Counted from the first letter of the whole stretch, positions 1-12,265 are shown. The stretch is DNA of 63,683 nucleotides, filler included, from Barthelona sp. PAP020 (GCA_040182905.1; 12 parts of 12 records of this genome joined end to end with filler, not necessarily neighbours in it); one strand, 5' to 3'. Numbers and translations are program-made. Notes: a model not told the origin generated them from the sequence alone.

Positions 1-203
1 TAATATTCCTTTAAAATATGATTGTTTTCAAAGGTTGGTGTGTCTATTATTTGTGTAAAAGGTTCAGATATGTGATTTAAATGTACTTTGCTCTTGATAC
101 CATTTGGCAATGTGATCGATAAACTCTCTTTGTGTATTTTGGAAATTACACCCAAAGACAAAAATCCTGCAGTAATTTCACTACGATCTAAAATGGATTT
201 CAT
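1..203 (-). CDS. RRP5: Rrp5/PDCD11-like rRNA biogenesis protein, N-terminal S1 domain (runs off window start)
   Basis: Manual translation from ATG at 203: MKSILDRSEITAGFLSLGVISKIHKESLSITLPNGIKSKVHLNHISEPFT, resembling the Rrp5 first S1 repeat (G-x-I...ISLPNG). Not in the ORF track. Confidence 0.6.
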   Translation of the reverse strand, partial: MKSILDRSEITAGFLSLGVISKIHKESLSITLPNGIKSKVHLNHISEPFTQIIDTPTFENNHILKEY

Positions 204-255
204 CGATTGAAAAAAAAATTGAGAGAGAAAAAAAAAATTTTTTTTCATACAATAC

Positions 256-2154
256 ATGGATCAAATTGTTGCAACTCAGAGAATTAGTGATTTGAAGCAA
301 CAATTTAAAGAACGAGAAGATCAAATTCGAGAATTGTTGGATGAAAGTTTATTGTCTTTGCAAAAGAGTTTTCAAAAATTACCTGCAATAGAGAAACAAA
401 CAAAAATTATTGATGCAAAGGTGAAGAAATCTTGTGTTTTAATAAAAGATATTAAACAATTAACAAATAAATCCACTATTGATTGTAATAAAAAGATTTT
501 AGAAGACTGGAAAAGAGATTTTCATTTTTTGAGAGAAACATATTGTCAAATTACTTTAGATGTTGTTAATAATAATTTTATTGATATGTATCAAAGGATA
601 CAAACCTTTTCCCAGCATTTGGAGAAATTCAAAAACAGTTATAATTTTGAACGTAATGAAATGGCAATAATTAAAAGACATATTAAAATATGGGATAAAC
701 TTGGAGCATTTATTGTGTTTTCGATGTTGAATAAACTAAAAATGGATGAACTTTCCACGTTTGACTTAAAGAACATATTAACTTTTTTATTGAATTCTCA
801 TGATGATTATGCTAATCATATTGATCTGTTAGATATATATAAACACATCAAAGATCGCTGTTTTTTGGAGGAAAATTTAGAAAGTTTGGAAAGTTTTGTT
901 GAAAAAAAGTTGGTAAGTTTTTCTAACTTGGAAATATTTTTCAAAATGATTGAAGGAACTGCTCATTATTCTGTAATACAATATCAATTTCAAAATTGTG
1001 ATTTTTATGAACTTTTTGACATTGATATAGCAATTCAAATGGATTTTACTGAAGAAAGAATTGATTTGGAGCTTGTGAATCAATGTTTTAATACTATTGA
1101 AACTTTTGATAAAAAATTCAAAATTTTTGATAAATATTTTGAATTTTTTGGAAATGATTCAATGGAAAGAAATTTTTATCAACATTTTTTTGATATCATT
1201 TGTATGTATTTTGATAAACAAATGAAAAATGAAACCTTTAATATTTTTGAAAGTTTTGAAAGTTTTGAAAAGGTTGAAGTCTTTCCATTGTTTCTTCATA
1301 ATTATCAAGCATTCATGAAAGATCGTTTGGAACCAATTATTTCAGTATTTAACCGTTTTTTGCTTTTGAAATTTATCAAATTTCCTGAATTGTATTTTGA
1401 AAGCTACTTCGTTAATTGCTTAAATAAATTTGTTCAAATTCTTAAAAAATCAAAGATTTCTCAAAGAAATGCCATTTATGACTTCATTAATGACCTATTA
1501 TCCTGGACTTTATCATTAAACAATCAACTTACACTTAATAATGATAGTATCATTGTTTTAGACCTTACAAACATTCATAGAAAACTCTTTCGTGATTATT
1601 CTCCTTGTTTACAAAAAGTGATGAATAATTTATACAGCGTTATTGTCGATCCATTAATTAAACGATATTTTGAAGAAAAGAAAGATTTAATAGCAAATTC
1701 TTCTTTCGATGATGAAACGTTAATATTTTCCTTTAATTTAGAGCCTTCAAATACCTTTCAAGAGTTTATCATTTTGTTGTTGAAACAGCTATACTTTTGT
1801 GTTAAGGATGTTCCAATGAGACATGTCATTTCAATTTTGCAGATAAAAGAGGAATTATTTGACCTTTTTAGAAAGAAAATTGAAGCTTTAAGTCCTGAAA
1901 ACAATGAAAAGATTGTCATTTTCAATAACAATACCAAATTTTTAAAATTTTGGATCGATACGGCTATTTTAAGTGAATTATTTAAAGATTTTTCGATATT
2001 AGATGAATTTGAACAATTAATTGACCCAGTTAGTTACAACACAAAAAAAGATAGTATTTATTCGATTAAAGATACATTTATAAACAATCTTTTTATTGTT
2101 TCAAATAATGAAAGTGTTATTTTTAACAAAGAACCTTTGTTTTTGCAATTATAA
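256..2154 (+). CDS. 632-aa helical protein, possible COG1/Vps51-like tethering subunit
   Basis: Long ORF. N-terminal coiled coil (EREDQIRELLDES) and C-terminal LIDPVSY resemble COG1 motifs; similarity is weak. Confidence 0.45.
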   Translation: MDQIVATQRISDLKQQFKEREDQIRELLDESLLSLQKSFQKLPAIEKQTKIIDAKVKKSCVLIKDIKQLTNKSTIDCNKKILEDWKRDFHFLRETYCQITLDVVNNNFIDMYQRIQTFSQHLEKFKNSYNFERNEMAIIKRHIKIWDKLGAFIVFSMLNKLKMDELSTFDLKNILTFLLNSHDDYANHIDLLDIYKHIKDRCFLEENLESLESFVEKKLVSFSNLEIFFKMIEGTAHYSVIQYQFQNCDFYELFDIDIAIQMDFTEERIDLELVNQCFNTIETFDKKFKIFDKYFEFFGNDSMERNFYQHFFDIICMYFDKQMKNETFNIFESFESFEKVEVFPLFLHNYQAFMKDRLEPIISVFNRFLLLKFIKFPELYFESYFVNCLNKFVQILKKSKISQRNAIYDFINDLLSWTLSLNNQLTLNNDSIIVLDLTNIHRKLFRDYSPCLQKVMNNLYSVIVDPLIKRYFEEKKDLIANSSFDDETLIFSFNLEPSNTFQEFIILLLKQLYFCVKDVPMRHVISILQIKEELFDLFRKKIEALSPENNEKIVIFNNNTKFLKFWIDTAILSELFKDFSILDEFEQLIDPVSYNTKKDSIYSIKDTFINNLFIVSNNESVIFNKEPLFLQL

Positions 2155-2338
2155 ACACACATTTTTTATGTAAAATAGAAGTAATTTTTTTTTTTTCAAT
2201 TAATTAATAAAGTGATCGAATTTAAAACAATTTTACATATTTATAAGCTCATTGATAATTAAATAGATTCAATAGATTGATAAAAATTCAAAAATACTTG
2301 AACGTATTGTATCAAATTTTTTTTTTTGAATCAAAAAC

Positions 2339-3706
2339 ATGAGTAATACAATGGATATTGATCCATTGGATATTAGTCTGGAAGAAACAGAAAATTTTCC
2401 AAAAACTTATCAAGAATATTGTACAAAATGTGGTCGAATTGTTAAAAATTGGAAATTGAGAGTATTTGTTTTAAGAGGACCATATTTATTATATTTTAAA
2501 AACATAAATTCAACAGAACCAAAAGGAATTATAAATTTATTCAATTGTGAAGTTGAAATTTCAAATGATTTGGAGAATTTACAAGATAACGATAATATTG
2601 ATGCAACTATATCATCAAATACCCTCGATACTTTAGCTGAATACCCTCAAGATACTGAACTGTACAAATATCTATTTACACTAAAATTACCTGATCGTGA
2701 TTTGACTATAGGATGTTTAAGTATTGAGTCTCGACGTATTTGGATTGAATATATACGTCGTGCCTCAATTCTAGCGAGCATTTCCTTGCTCACTAGAAAT
2801 CGTGCATTGTCAACAAATATCATGTTTAATATTTATCCTTTGCTACGAGATGTTAATAATAAAATGAAAGTTTTAAACTTATCAAATTCTCAATTGTGTT
2901 TACCTGATTTGGAACTTATCTTCCAAATCATCGAATTATGTCCTTCCATTGAAACGTTAATTTTAGAAAGATGCAACCTTACAAATGCTTTCATGAGTGT
3001 TATAGCGAACTTTTTAGGCACATATAGCAATATTCAAACTCTGAGTCTAGCATACAATTCAAGAATTACTACTGCTGGACTCTTAAAATTATTTGATGGA
3101 CTTACATTGAATTTGAGCTTAAAAGCTTTAAACTTATCAGGTGTATCCATTTCTAACGCTATTAAACTCTCATTTATTGAACTTTTATCTGTGAATAATA
3201 CTATTCAATATTTAAACTTGAGTTCAACAAATATTGATACCAATTTTCTGATGTATTTTTTGAAAAATATTCACCATACAAAAATTTTGTATTTAAACTT
3301 ATCAAATAATCTATTGAATTTCGATTTAAGTGGACTCAATTCGATTATCGAACCCATTGCTCAATCTTCATTGAAAATTTTGATTTTGGAAAATTGCCAT
3401 TTTTCAGACCAAATTCTTTCCCAAATATTGGTGACCTTCAATGAAATATCAATGAATCAATCATTAAATGGTAGATTGAGTGATGAAAGTTTGATTAAAT
3501 TGGATTTGAGAGGTTCTACAGTTGGTATTGAAACTTTGCAAGTATTACAATCAAGATTTATCAGTGCCAAAATTCTATTATCAGATTTAAAATTAGGTCC
3601 TTTCAGTAATGAAGTGAATATGAATGATATGTTAGCTATCAGAAGTATTTTAAGACATGGTTTTGAAGTTACAAAAATTAGTATTGTTGATAAAAGATTT
3701 GAATGA
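2339..3706 (+). CDS. PH domain + RNI-like leucine-rich repeat protein
   Basis: KCGRIVKNWKLRVFVLRGPYLLYFK...PKGIINL...RRIWIEYI is a PH domain; repeated LxxLNLSxN units follow. Confidence 0.85.
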   Translation: MSNTMDIDPLDISLEETENFPKTYQEYCTKCGRIVKNWKLRVFVLRGPYLLYFKNINSTEPKGIINLFNCEVEISNDLENLQDNDNIDATISSNTLDTLAEYPQDTELYKYLFTLKLPDRDLTIGCLSIESRRIWIEYIRRASILASISLLTRNRALSTNIMFNIYPLLRDVNNKMKVLNLSNSQLCLPDLELIFQIIELCPSIETLILERCNLTNAFMSVIANFLGTYSNIQTLSLAYNSRITTAGLLKLFDGLTLNLSLKALNLSGVSISNAIKLSFIELLSVNNTIQYLNLSSTNIDTNFLMYFLKNIHHTKILYLNLSNNLLNFDLSGLNSIIEPIAQSSLKILILENCHFSDQILSQILVTFNEISMNQSLNGRLSDESLIKLDLRGSTVGIETLQVLQSRFISAKILLSDLKLGPFSNEVNMNDMLAIRSILRHGFEVTKISIVDKRFE

Positions 3707-3845
3707 TTTATTGTTGTATTATTTTCATTTACACTTTATCTCTGAAACTATTAATTATTAAACATAAATAATAATCCACAAGAAAGGAAGAATTGATTTA
3801 GATTTTTTTTTTGACCTTTTACATTCACTTTTTTGTTTTATTCCC

Positions 3846-4976
3846 ATGTTTTTGTTATTTACGTTTACATTATTCATAGGTTTAACAATAGCTTTATTAA
3901 TATATACAATTAAAAACGAAAGACCAAAAGAACATTCTGTCCAAGATGATATTGATGATTGTTTTTTCAATCCGATTCATTTTGCCGAAACAATACGTGA
4001 AGATTATGTGAATCCTGATTTTGTTTCCACGGCATTTGTTGAAGAATTAGGCTATTCTACTATTCTCAAAATTCCAGCGTTAGATTCTGATCATAACATA
4101 CGCATTCTTATTAACTATCCTATTAATATTGATAAGACATCTTGTGAACAAAATGATTTACCAGTAGTATTGTTTATTCATGGAGGAGGATTTGTAAAAG
4201 GAAAATTGGAAAATCGTCAATATTTATTGAGCAGAATATCTAATAAAGCTAAATGTATTACCGTACAAGTTGAATATCGCTTGTCACCTGAATATCGTTT
4301 CCCCATTCCATTGCTCGATTGCTTTTCAGCATTGAATTTCATAACTGATCCAAAAGTTGCAAGTAAATTTCATTTTGATACTAACAATATTATTATTGCA
4401 GGGGATAGTGCTGGTGGAAACTTGACTTTGAGCACTTGGTTGATGAGTCAAAGAATACCCCATCAATTTAATATTAGGGGTTTAGGGTTGATTTATCCCT
4501 GTTTGAGTGTTGATTTTACAGAAAAAGCTCGAAAATCAAAAGATTCTTTGACTGTAGAAGAAATGGCACAATTCTGTTCAACTTATTTGCCTGAAAACTA
4601 TGGTAAGAGACCTAGTTCTTTATTGAACGGAGGATTTTCGGTTTATGATGCTTCAAATGAAACGAATTCGTTATTTCATTTCAACATTCCTTTATTCCCT
4701 TATTTTGCTTGTATTGACGAATCAACCACACAAATTGATCAGTATGAAGCTGATTTTAAGAATTACTTCAGTAATTTACCAAATATTGCTATTTTTGGGT
4801 GTGAAAAGGACTGTTTGTTGGATGATGCCATCAGACTTTCAGAAAAATTGAACCAAATAAATGTCAAAAATACCTTTATGAGATTTGATGCTCCTCATGC
4901 TTTTATTAGACAGAAAGAGTTTGATGAACCAACGACAATTATCATTGATGAAATCGTAAAAATGTTAAATGTGTAA
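3846..4976 (+). CDS. Hormone-sensitive-lipase-family alpha/beta hydrolase with N-terminal signal anchor
   Basis: HGGGF oxyanion motif, YRLSPE, GDSAGG nucleophile, D in EKDCLLDD, H in APHAF; hydrophobic N-terminus. Confidence 0.9.
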   Translation: MFLLFTFTLFIGLTIALLIYTIKNERPKEHSVQDDIDDCFFNPIHFAETIREDYVNPDFVSTAFVEELGYSTILKIPALDSDHNIRILINYPINIDKTSCEQNDLPVVLFIHGGGFVKGKLENRQYLLSRISNKAKCITVQVEYRLSPEYRFPIPLLDCFSALNFITDPKVASKFHFDTNNIIIAGDSAGGNLTLSTWLMSQRIPHQFNIRGLGLIYPCLSVDFTEKARKSKDSLTVEEMAQFCSTYLPENYGKRPSSLLNGGFSVYDASNETNSLFHFNIPLFPYFACIDESTTQIDQYEADFKNYFSNLPNIAIFGCEKDCLLDDAIRLSEKLNQINVKNTFMRFDAPHAFIRQKEFDEPTTIIIDEIVKMLNV

Positions 4977-5226
4977 TTTCCAGTTTTTTTTTTTTTGTTT
5001 GCAGAATGGTATCTCGCTTGAAGTAAAGCAAGCTGAAAACCAAAGAGAATGGTTTCATTAACAAGAATCATGAAGGTTAAGTCAAAGCTATATTTTTTGA
5101 AAGGAAATTTCTCTTTTTGAGTAAAAATATTATTTGAGAAAAATCATACGAACTGAAATCTCAACAATAAATTGATTTTTTGTAATTTTGGTGGGAAATT
5201 CCTTTTTAATTTCTTTTTAATACCCA

Positions 5227-5306
5227 ATGGTCTTTGAAAATAACACTACAGCAACTAAAAGAATAATTGAACCGAATGAACAACAAGATGACGCAATTTT
5301 TGTGAC
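5227..5306 (+). CDS. Possible gene start truncated by contig end
   Basis: ATG...MVFENNTTATKRIIEPNEQQDDAIFV, open to the gap and preceded by an AT-rich tract. Confidence 0.3.
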
Positions 5307-5406
5307 NNNNNNNNNNNNNNNNNNNNNNNNNNNNNNNNNNNNNNNNNNNNTTAATTAATTAANNNNNNNNNNNNNNNNNNNNNNNNNNNNNNNNNNNNNN
5401 NNNNNN
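5307..5406. other. Artificial contig linker (first of 11)
   Basis: N44-TTAATTAATTAA-N44. Repeated at 10702-10801, 16073-16172, 21442-21541, 26809-26908, 32163-32262, 37485-37584, 42773-42872, 48032-48131, 53255-53354 and 58476-58575. Segment lengths decrease monotonically. Confidence 0.98.
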
Positions 5407-5407
5407 G

Positions 5408-5770
5408 ATTAATTCATACAATCAACAGAATAACATCATTATTTCATCTAACCTGCAAAACGATGTTGTTGCTGCAATTGTTGATTTGCTGAATTTCGAA
5501 GGAGGATTGTATTTGATACCAGAAAAATATTTGGCAAAGAAGACTTTTGATGAAGAGGACGAGTTGAAGAGAATCCTTCAAAAGGTCTTGCCAGAGGTTA
5601 TTCTTATTCTCACTAATATTCAATCTAATCGTTTGGAGAAGGAAGATCTTTCGGACTTTATTGAAATCATTTCAAATCCTGTTCTCATCTCATGTTTGAA
5701 AAAAGATAAAGTCGAAATGATTCTGCAAGCGATCGGTAATTGCATTTTAACTGTTTACACAAAGGAATAG
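5408..5770 (+). CDS. 3' end of an unknown protein (5'-truncated by gap)
   Basis: Frame open from the contig start (INSYNQQN...) to TAG at 5768-5770. Confidence 0.65.
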   Translation: MNSYNQQNNIIISSNLQNDVVAAIVDLLNFEGGLYLIPEKYLAKKTFDEEDELKRILQKVLPEVILILTNIQSNRLEKEDLSDFIEIISNPVLISCLKKDKVEMILQAIGNCILTVYTKE

Positions 5771-5977
5771 CTAAATGAGCTTTCAATACAGCTGTTAGAC
5801 ATTTTTAAAAATAATTTGTCTTCAAATAGTCATAAATTTTCAATCTTTTTTTATATGAGTTATTATTTTTGATTTAGTACTGGGTTATATTCCTTCAGTG
5901 GAAAAGGTGAAGTTCTTAGAAGATTTGGCAAAAGAAACAAGACAATTTTCTTTTTTGTGTTATTCAATTCGATATTT

Positions 5978-7776
5978 ATGGTATATTGCAATGATATCTT
6001 GGCTAATGTTTAAAGAATTTTGAATTACAAAGAATATGTGAGGTTGTTAAAAAATCCGATAAATCCACTTTGGAATCCAGTTTAACCAAATTATATAATG
6101 AAATGGAATCAAAGAAAATACCTTATGATGTGTTAATTAATGTTGATATGGTTCCTACCTTGATAAATTATGTTGGATATGGAATAGAAGAAGTAACATA
6201 TTTGGTTCTAGTTATTATAGGTCGTATTATTACTGGAAATGATGAAAATATTTCAAATACTGCCAAATTGGAATATGTTTTATTATTGAATACTGTGTTA
6301 TATGATAATAAACTATCACTTGAAACCAAAAGAGTTGTTATTTCAAACTTTGTCAACATATGTGACAATGAAAAATATCAAAGAATTATTTTAGAGAATG
6401 ATGTGTTGTTTTCGTTGATTTCTTTTGTTTCAAATATTGAAAATTTTCCTAAAGAACTAGTTGCACACACATTAAGTATACATACATTAAGTGTCATTAA
6501 AGATTGTGTTCGTCATCTGGTTTCTTATGATGATATAGAACGGGTTTTTAAAGAATTGGTTCCCAAATTTTACAGATGGAATGATGGAAGGCTGATTATT
6601 TTACAAGATGTTTTTGAAGTTTTAATTCAAAGGGTTATTACAGTGAATGAGAGACTTGAAATATTGCTGTCAGATCATTTTATTAAGAGAATTCTACAAC
6701 TTTTTGAACGATTCAGCACAGGTTTTTTGAATGCAAAGGAAGAATCGCAAAAAGAGTTTCATGATTTGTTTGTTGCGCTTTTAAAATTTTCTTCCAATTT
6801 ATATATGTACATTTTACAATTAAAGATGAGTACAAATCCTGTACTGAATAATTTTTGTGAGAAGAATTTGATAAACATGCTTAATAGACTGCTTATTCAT
6901 CCAAAATTTGAAATGCGAACTGAAATTTTGGTATATTTATCCAATCAATGTTTTTGTAAAGAAACAGTTGAAATGTTAATGATGGAAAATGTGCTTGAAA
7001 ATATCCTTGAAAATATTGTGGCTCTCTTATATTGTGAGAATTTTCAGTTGATAGGTGAATGTATATTTCTGATTTCAAATATTTGTTCTGTTGAATCTGC
7101 TCAAGCAATTTCATTTTTAGTTGATAAGGGTATCATTCCATTGTTTGAACGATTGCTAAGATTTAAAAAGGATGATTTAATGCGTGACGTTTTGATCTGC
7201 ATTGGGGATATTCTTAATTTGGATTACAATTGTTTTTATGAAGCAGAGAATACAATTGAAATGTGCATGATTAAAGCAGGCGTATTTGATAGAATTGCTG
7301 AGATTGAAGAATCTACTAATAATCTTGCGATAACGAGTCTATGTTCGGAATATTTATGCATACATCTTTCTAAATATGTTGTTAATGACCCAAGAATCGA
7401 AAACATTAATGTTCCACACCATAGAATAGATTTTGTTAAGGAAGCAATCAAAATTAGAATGGACCATGAGACGGATGAAAATATTTTAAAAATTCTCAAA
7501 TATTTGGACGAGAGAATTTGCTTTTATGATGAAAGAGAGTTGATCAAGTTTTCAAAACCTAATGGAAATGTATTGTCCTTATTATTTGAACTGAAGTGGA
7601 ACAGCAATATTTTTAGACGTCTAGTGAGCAAGGGAATTTTCATGAATGAAAGGGATTACAGGATCATTATTGACCTATGTTGGGACCTTGTTGACCTGAA
7701 CTCATTTAATGGAGGAAATATGGAAACTTTCATGGAAAAAATTGATGATTACAGTGTGGATACTGACAATGATTGA
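5978..7776 (+). CDS. Armadillo/importin-alpha-like repeat protein; exons 5978-5980 and 6016-7776
   Basis: ARM-like repeats (ECIFLISNICS..., FLVDKGIIPLFERLL). Splicing 5981-6015 joins the ATG to an open frame (MNFELQRICEVV...). Confidence 0.75.
5981..6015 (+). other. 35-nt spliceosomal intron directly after the ATG
   Basis: GTATAT...GCTAAT-GTTTA-AAG; removal supplies an in-frame start codon. Confidence 0.7.
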
Positions 7777-8085
7777 ATTTTTCTTTTTTGAAATGAATTT
7801 TTGGATATGTAATTAAGCTTCAAAAATCTCAAAAACTTTTATTTTTCATATTAATTCATTACATCAGAGGATATGAGAGAATAAGAAATTAATTGAGAAA
7901 AAAATTTCTCGAAAGTTAGGTCCCAAAATGATTGAATTCAAGATACTCGAAATGAGAAATTGTTGTTGTCATTGATGTTGTCTCCATATTTAAGGTTGTT
8001 TACAAAGACTTTTGACATATATATATATATATGTGTACATACCTTATTCGTAAACGTTTTCAAAATATTTTAACTTTTTTTTTTG

Positions 8086-8225
8086 TTTCCAGGCCAATAA
8101 GCACTGTGAATATGAGTAAATAAGAATGATAGTGTTTATTTGGTTGAACGCTTTCGAGGCTCTATTGATCTGCTGAAACTTTTAATTTTTCAAAAGTGAC
8201 AGTGTGAAATTTCATTTTCATTTGT
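8086..8225 (+). repeat. Dispersed ~320-bp repeat family, diverged 5' part
   Basis: TTTCCAGGCCAATAAGCACTGTGAATATGAG...GTGTTTATTTGGTT...GCTTTCGAGGCTCTATTGATCTG matches the copies at 15980 and 24123. Confidence 0.8.
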
Positions 8226-8300
8226 GAAGAGCCTCTTTTTTTGAAGCACCAAAAATAAAAGAAATGGACGATTTATCAAAATACAAGAACTTAAAAATGA

Positions 8301-9383
8301 TCAAGTATAACTCAAAGGCTTCAATTCTATATTACCACCACTTGTATTGAACAAGCCTCTACTTTTACCATCAATATTTCTATTTGGACTATTTATTGAA
8401 TCATTCATCACACCAGAACTTATGGAAAACAAAGATCCAAAAGGACAATGCCAAGAAAATGCAACTGGGCCTGGTTTTTCACGTGAACACATCTCTAAAG
8501 GAAGGATTCCCCTTTTTTCAGATAAAAACACAGCATATTTACCTTCTTCCTTGAATGTAATAATCAAACGTTCACCATCTGGTGAAAGAACCATCCTATC
8601 AACAATTCCATCCAAATCAATAAGGTCTGTAGAATAAGCATTTAAAAACTCAATGCCATTACTTTCGGCATCATGGGTAGGTAATAATTCAAGATCAAAA
8701 TCTTGATTATTAAAGAAATATCTCGTAATTAATGTATCATTATAAACGCAAATGACAGAACCTAATCTGTTTGAAACACAGAACTGTCTGGCAATAAAAT
8801 TTTTGCTGGTAAAATAAATGGATTTTCGTTTGAACAAATTATCAGTCAATAATGAAAGCATTGTTATTTTATCTTCATGTAGTAACAATATGGCATGATC
8901 CAAACAAATACCATCCAAAATTATTCTGGAAAATTTGAACTTTTGGAATGTTTTGAAATTGTTTAAGACGCTATAAATCATTAAATCATTGGAATTTTCA
9001 AAAAGACAAAACAAATATTTGTTATCATAACTCCAAAATAATTTTTTTGGTATTTGATTGTTCTTCAAAGGAATTATCTTTTTTTGAGGATGTGACAATA
9101 ATTTTCGTTTTTCATCCATATTATAAGTATGTGAAACAACTCTATCTCCTTTACTTTCATTATACCAAATAATAATACAATTTTGACATCCAACAGCCAA
9201 TTCAAAAAAAGGAGTTGGCCTAAAAGATAAACATTGTGTATTGTATTGTGATTCATCTTCTAAGATTTTTAAATTATGGTCTAAATCATATAAATATATG
9301 CAATCATCCGAAGTTAATGCTGCAAAATTCGAAAAGTAATGATGCCATACTATCTCTTTAATGTATTTAGTTTTGGATATCAT
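8301..9383 (-). CDS. AAAS: Aladin (AAAS)-like WD40 nucleoporin
   Basis: WHHYFSNFAALTSDDCIYLYD...CLSFRP...LAVGCQNCIIIW and SPDGERLIITFK match the Aladin pattern. Confidence 0.65.
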   Translation of the reverse strand: MISKTKYIKEIVWHHYFSNFAALTSDDCIYLYDLDHNLKILEDESQYNTQCLSFRPTPFFELAVGCQNCIIIWYNESKGDRVVSHTYNMDEKRKLLSHPQKKIIPLKNNQIPKKLFWSYDNKYLFCLFENSNDLMIYSVLNNFKTFQKFKFSRIILDGICLDHAILLLHEDKITMLSLLTDNLFKRKSIYFTSKNFIARQFCVSNRLGSVICVYNDTLITRYFFNNQDFDLELLPTHDAESNGIEFLNAYSTDLIDLDGIVDRMVLSPDGERLIITFKEEGKYAVFLSEKRGILPLEMCSREKPGPVAFSWHCPFGSLFSISSGVMNDSINSPNRNIDGKSRGLFNTSGGNIELKPLSYT

Positions 9384-9571
9384 TGAAAAGAAATGAAAAA
9401 TACCATAAAAAAGAATTTTTTTTTAATATTTATATTTTCACTTTCACAATGATAATTACCTCAAATCAAAGGTTAAAATCAAAAAAAAAAAAAATGTGTA
9501 TAATTCTGTTGTAAAGACGACAATTTATTCTATATGTTGAATTAACTAACTCACAATCATCATTAATCTAT

Positions 9572-10701
9572 CTATTTATTTACATAAGGAGTTGAAAAAT
9601 CAAATATATTCTGCATTGATTTCTTTGAATTGGCTGTTGGTGTCATTTCATTTGGATGATTAAAATTATGAGTATTAAATTGATTAATATTTGAGTCTTG
9701 GAAACGATTTGCCTGTTGAATTGGTGTATTAATTGAAGGGCTACGTTTAATTTGTTCTTGTAAACGTTTATTCAATAATTCAAGTTTTCTTTCCTTTCTT
9801 TCATGTTCTTGTATGGTAGTTTTTTGTTGTTTGTAACCTTTCTTTAATTTATCATATTTAATTTTAATCATTTCAAAATTGGTTTGTTGATTTGCATACT
9901 TGTTGGTGGTTTCATCTAAAATATGTTGCAATTCAACACTTTTGACTTTTTCTAAATTTGAATGTTCTTCGATTTCTCTTATTTTACGTTCATAATTCTT
10001 TTGATTCAACATATTCATTTGTAAGTCATTTTCCAAAGTAGATACATTATTCTTCAGTCTTTCAATATCATTAACCCGATCAATCAATGTAATTTTCAAT
10101 TGATCGATGTGTTTGTTTAATTGCTCATTGTTTAATTGCTTGGAAGTAATATCATTCTCATAAGTTTGAATTTGATAATTTAAAATTTCAATTTTTTGCT
10201 TCAAATTCTGGATCTCAATGTCCTGTTTGAAAGAAATCATATCATTGTCTTTCAATTTTGTGGCAGTTTTCTTCAATTGCTTTTGTGATGATATCTTTTT
10301 CGATTCAGTTAATTGCAATAGTCTATTTACTTCCCGATTATCTGCTTGATTCTTTTCCAAAGCCAATTGAATAGAATGCATCTCCGCTTCTATTTTTCGA
10401 TATTCTTCTTGTTTCTCTTCAATAATCAATGTCAAATCATCGATTCTCTCTTGAGTTAACTTTTCGAAATCATTAAACTTGCGTTTCTCTTTCAATATCT
10501 CTTGATCTTTATCACTTGAAAGCTTTTCTAACGAAGTAATAAGTCTGTTACGATCATCAACATTTAATCTCTCTAATTTTAAATCATTAGTCAAACGTTC
10601 ATTGTTTTCAATTTCTCTTTCAACTTCATTAGATAGGAAATTCATTTGAGCATCAGTTTGTTTCTTTAATTTATCAAACTTGGTTCTTGCTAAATCTAAC
10701 T
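9572..10701 (-). CDS. Coiled-coil protein, 5'-truncated by gap
   Basis: Frame stays open upstream of 10645 to the contig end; heptad-rich. Confidence 0.8.
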
Positions 10702-10801
10702 NNNNNNNNNNNNNNNNNNNNNNNNNNNNNNNNNNNNNNNNNNNNTTAATTAATTAANNNNNNNNNNNNNNNNNNNNNNNNNNNNNNNNNNNNNNNNNNN
10801 N

Positions 10802-11837
10802 GAGTATCAATATTCAAAGCCATAAGATTCGACAATACATAGCCACCATCCATTGACAATCGAATGAGTTCTGCCTCATGTGAGGGGTCATAGTCAACGA
10901 CAATTGAATAGATTTTGATGACATTCCCTGCACATCTTCCACACGCTATTTGTGTCTTATCAGGGGATATAGCAAAGGAAAAATTAGTAGCCTCACAACC
11001 ACAATGCACCTTTTGAATTTGCTGATGGGTTTCAACATTGAATGAAGTAATATAGCCATCACCAGACATAGTAAGCAGGATATAGGGTGATAAGAAATGA
11101 AGACACCAAACTTGACAACCCATATCAAATGTATGAATGAGTGATCCGTCCTCCATGTCCCAGAGTTTGACTTTGTTTGAATAATCACAAACAATAATCA
11201 TTCTTTCAGATGGGTGGAAATCAATAGCTCTGATTCCGCTACCTTGACTGAATGTACGAACAACAGACAAATCATCTGGGTCAACCAACTTGACAATACT
11301 ATCACCACCTCCAGTCAAAAGATATTTACCATCCGTTGATAGTTTCACTCTCCAAATCCAATTATTCTGAATACTTTTTTCTAAGACAATTCTCCCATTA
11401 TTTATGTCATTTTTCGTAAGAGTTCCATTGTAATCACCATAATATACATAATTTGAACAAGAAGAAAAACAAATTCCATAAATATAATTTCCACCATTCA
11501 ATCTACACAAGATGGAGAAATCTGGAAGGCTGTATACAATGATAGACTTATCACCAGAACATGTTGCCAACTTCTGCCCATTTGGTGAAATGGCAATACC
11601 AAAAACAGAGCTTGTATGGTCTTTCAATGTACGATTCAACATTTTAGTTGCTACATCAATAACATGAACAGCTCGATAACTACCAACAACCAATTGTTTA
11701 CCATTTGGCAAGTATTTACTGTCAAACAAATGATCAGAAATCACATTTTCAATTTCACCTCCACCATTTTCATCAATATTTAGAGGAAATAAACCACGTA
11801 TAAACTCTCCTATTTCACCACTTAATTCAACAGACAT
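10802..11837 (-). CDS. WD40 repeat protein, 3'-truncated by gap
   Basis: Repeats such as HTSSVFGIAISPNGQKLATCSGDKSIIVY; ATG at 11837. Confidence 0.85.
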
Positions 11838-12265
11838 AATAAACAAACAAAAAAAAAGAAATGAAATGGAAAAAACACTGAAATTGACGATTGACTAGAA
11901 ATTTTCAAGATTTTTCCAAAATTCAAATTGCAAATATTCACCTCATATCAATGAATGATGTTGACAAATATTCATTGGGTACAGTTGTTTTGTTTTCAGA
12001 TTTGGTTGAACTCTTCTTTCTTTAATACATGTAAACTACAAGCTATACAACCTATTCGGGTAATTAAGAGGTTATGATATTAAATTAAGGCCATTTTCTC
12101 TGTTTATTATGTGGAATTGGTGTTTGTAACATTAAGCATTTGAATAGACTTCGATAATTTCTTTCTATTTTTCTTCTTGTACGAACCTTTTCCAGAACTT
12201 TCCCAAATCAGAAACTGGGAAAACTCAGTTGACTAATAAATAATAAACCTCAATCTTTTTTCTTT

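Noticed and set aside
5351..5362. TTAATTAATTAA between N-runs every ~5.3 kb as a biological repeat or array
   Set aside because: Artificial all-frame-stop linker joining size-sorted contigs.
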